64,000 bases of DNA from Nitrosopumilus sp. (GTDB lineage: Archaea > Thermoproteota > Nitrososphaeria > Nitrososphaerales > Nitrosopumilaceae). Position 1 is the first letter of the stretch, and the number at the start of each line of letters is the position of its first letter. Shown in pieces: positions 61,387 to 64,000 of the stretch. Location of the stretch: the NCBI GenBank assembly GCA_965214775.1, contig OZ243974.1, forward strand, positions 416,001-480,000. The letters are read 5' to 3'. The notes beneath the pieces were generated by a model. It was not told the origin of the DNA. It ran no database searches and was given only the letters and a program-made list of their open reading frames with translations. The position numbers and the translations under genes were made by a program.

Positions 61387-61536
61387 CTTTCTCTCCTTTA
61401 AAGAGAGATCAGTTGCACAAAATATATATAATTTATGTATCTTTTCTCTCTTCTAAAGAGAGATCAGTTGCACAAAATATATATAATTTATGTATCTTTT
61501 CTCTCTTCTAAAGAGAGATCAGTTGCACAAAATATA
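61386..61536. repeat. 55-bp tandem repeat x~2.7 covering the abiE promoter (TATA + palindrome)
   Basis: agttgcacaaaatata at 61411, 61466, 61521; units carry TCTCTCTT-cta-AAGAGAGA (proximal copy imperfect). Confidence 0.93.
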
Positions 61537-62021
61537 CTATTTGAGGCAAATACTCCCCACATAAGGACGTGGTACTGACACCTTAATGCCGATGTTTTGG
61601 GTGAATTTTTGACCAATTCTGGAAGGTGTGTCCAGACACCACGACCCGGAGAACTTGGCAAAAAACTTTGCAGAACAGGGGCAGCCGCGGAACCTGCTGC
61701 CTATGACAGGCTGAGCCTAGACGAAAGGCCGTAAAAGTACAGAGTTTGGCCTGGATCTTCTGATTAATACCGCCCCGTGATGCGGGTTTGAAGATGTGTG
61801 AAGACTGTGGCCTTCCGGCTCGCAGTATTGCTGTTGACTAGCCTTGAAAAAATCTTGGAAAGGCAATGATCGGCGACAACGAATGTGCAAGACCGGACAA
61901 AAATAGCGATTTGGAATTTTGTGCTTGGAGTGGAGCTTGTCTTTGCGCCATTCAAAACCAGAACCGGCAAAAAACACAGTTTCCAGTCTTTCCTACAACA
62001 TCTCCGGAAATTCTTTTGACT

Positions 62022-62068
62022 CTAATCTTGATTGGTTCTATTGCAGAAACAGCAGGCAGCTTGGGCAT
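62022..62068 (-). pseudogene. hicA: HicA toxin N-terminal remnant
   Basis: MPKLPAVSAIEPIKI, then sequence breaks into MITE-like DNA. Confidence 0.6.
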
Positions 62069-62082
62069 GTATCTCTACGGTC

Positions 62083-62175
62083 GTATGTGGTCACGTCCCC
62101 TTGCTAGCTAGGCACGAAGATTACAATCATTCATGCTAATTCGTGCCTGACTGATGGGGGTAGGTGACCTCGTAC
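62083..62175. mobile_element. MITE family C copy inserted at the hicB 3' end
   Basis: GTATGTGGTCAC...GTGACCTCGTAC; 8-bp TSD CTACGGTC. Confidence 0.88.
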
Positions 62176-62373
62176 CTACGGTCTCTTTGCCAACGTGGAA
62201 GGAATAGGCTCGCCGTGTTTTTTTAGGCTGGACAAGTATCCCGACATGGCATCCTTGGCGTTTGCGACGGCATCCTGTCTGGTTCTTCCCTAGGATATGC
62301 ACCCGGGAAGATCAGGTACCTCGGAGACAAACACCCCGTCTTCGTCTTGCTTTACGAGTATTCTAAATCTCAT
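62176..62373 (-). pseudogene. hicB: HicB antitoxin pseudogene
   Basis: MRFRILVKQDEDGVFVSEVPDLPGCIS*GRTRQDAVANAKDAMSGYLSSLKKHGEPIP; in-frame TAG at 62290-62292. Confidence 0.88.
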
Positions 62374-62420
62374 TTCAATCATATGCCGAGTCATTTGATA
62401 TAAAAATCAAACAGGTGACT

Positions 62421-62541
62421 CAGTCTTCCCAGAAGTACGCGATTCATGACTGTCCAGATGCCGGCAAGTGAATCTGCAGGCGTCATAACTTGGTTTGCTT
62501 CAAATCCAGAACCGTTTTCCGGGTTACTTCTGGGAAGACTG
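62421..62541. mobile_element. MITE family A copy
   Basis: 121 bp, TIR CAGTCTTCCCAGAAGTA, 5-bp TSD TGACT. Confidence 0.93.
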
Positions 62542-62588
62542 TGACTGTTTTGTGACGTTGGCCGTATGCGGGGGGTTGCCGCCTATTA

Positions 62589-62666
62589 GACTTTATGCGT
62601 AATCGATCCAAAACTAGGATTATTACGAACAAATTCATCTCATTCAGATCGATTACGCATAAAGTC
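62589..62666. mobile_element. MITE family D copy
   Basis: 20-bp perfect TIR GACTTTATGCGTAATCGATC flanked by TA. Confidence 0.88.
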
Positions 62667-62870
62667 TATTTGACACCAAGGTTCTTTTGCCCAAAGATGT
62701 CAAAGACAGCAGTCTTTTCAAGGTGGCGTGGTTAGCGTCATCACGCTGCACATATAATGCCTTGAGAATTTGGACAAATGTGCCGCATCCCAGATTGTGC
62801 GGAATTCTCCATTTGGCATCATCCGTGTCTTGATCTTTTTCTGCACTCATGTTTTTGCGTTGGTGTTTGC

Positions 62871-63932
62871 TGTGTGGGATCCAGAAAGTAGTTCGCCCCC
62901 CCTTATTTGACATCATACTCCTCTCCTGTCTGCCCGTCAATAACGGTTTCCCCCTCCTTGGGCATCTTTCTGAGAAATGCCTGTGCGGGCGTCTCCTGAT
63001 TGTCCCAGTCCAGCGACCTGTGGGGCCTGTCATGATTGTACCACTGCATGAACAGGTCTATCGGGTCGCTTTTTCTCATCATGATCTCCTCGAACTCGTG
63101 CAGCTTGCGCTGGATCTCCCCGTGGAGGCGCTCGACCTTTCCGTTGGTCTGGGGTCGTCCCACGCCTGCCAGGATCTGCCGTATTCCCAGTTCTGTCAGT
63201 TTCTTTTCAAACTCGCCTTCGCCCCTCTTTTTTGCCGTCTCTTTCTCGTTGGCATAGAACTGGCTGCCGTGGTCTGTCATGATCGAGGCCGGCTTGCCGT
63301 GCTTTTCTATTGCCGTCTCAAGCACTGCCAGGGCGTTTTTGGTCGTGGCATTATCAAAGATGCCATATCCGGTCACAAACCTGGAGGCATCGTCCTCGTA
63401 GCACAGGAACCATCTGCCGTCGTGCATTCCGCCGTGGATCTGCTTCCAGTCTGTATGCCACAGCGAGTTTGAGTGATCGCGCTCGTATCGGACCCACCTG
63501 TACCTTGTACCCTTGCTGGGCTGCGCCTCTGCCATCTCCTCGTCCCTCAGTATCTTGTGTATGATGCCGTGCGGGATATGGATTCCGGTCTGATTCGCTA
63601 TGCGCTGCTGCAGTCCTGCAGCCCCCATGCGCTCTGCATGTCTGGCAGACATGACTGCAGAGTGCTCCCTGCGTCCGGGCAGACCGTTCTGGGGCCTTCC
63701 CATTGGCGCAGGATGCGATATTTCGCTTGCCGCAGGGCAGCCTTTGTGCCTGGCCCACAGCTTCTGGACCCACCGTACTGTCACGTCCATGGTTCCGGCT
63801 ATCTGGGCGTTGGTAAGCTCGCCCTTTTTCTTTTCTTTCACTATCCATTGTACTTGGCTTTTCTCTAGCTTCATGCCGTTTGGGTGCTCAAGACTCACGT
63901 ATTTACGGAGCTTTCGTCGCCAGACCCACACA
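62871..63932 (-). mobile_element. IS481-family element (transposase 62903-63874)
   Basis: TGTGTGGG..CCCACACA ends; RYERDHSNSLWHTDW, DDASRF, TDHGSQF, PQTNGKVER, YNHDRPH; no clear TSD. Confidence 0.92.
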
Positions 63933-64000
63933 CCTGTACTTCCAGTGTGGGTCAGGCTTGCACATCTGCTCCTGACCGACTTTACACACTCGGAGAAGGG

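Overview
Archaeal window, almost certainly from a Nitrosopumilaceae (thaumarchaeal, ammonia-oxidiser-type) genome. The heavy IS/MITE load and giant surface protein would fit a host-associated lineage, but that is inference. 1-5.1 kb: a GC-rich >1680-aa LVIVD/Ig-repeat surface protein with a CFI-box C-terminus; it runs off the left edge and is missing from the ORF track. Next comes radA. 7.1-24.1 kb: a mobile-element-rich region with two IS66, two ISH3-type and one truncated IS481 elements, at least five MITE families, an XPB-Bax1 pair, a possible tiny toxin-antitoxin cassette and an atypical tRNA. 24.1-59.1 kb: core genes (eS30, pyrKD, nop5/fibrillarin, rnhB, trm1, rlmE, TFE-beta, OLD nuclease, apt, mtnP, topo VI, Dim2/Rio1/aIF2b, uppS, pyrF, purA, Sua5/THUMP/Ubl-Cgi121, eS17). 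59.1-64 kb: an AbiE type IV TA pair, a decayed hicBA pair, MITEs and an IS481. Most striking observations: (i) eS17 is fused through a tandem-repeat linker to an apparently intact PIN ribonuclease domain, with an acidic tail left in frame behind an amber codon; (ii) a tRNA with a non-canonical anticodon arm is preceded by a hairpin whose bulge is complementary to that loop; (iii) TFE-beta carries a ~320-aa histone-H1-like repeat; (iv) the AbiE promoter/operator is triplicated. All family calls come from motif recognition by eye; no database searches were run.
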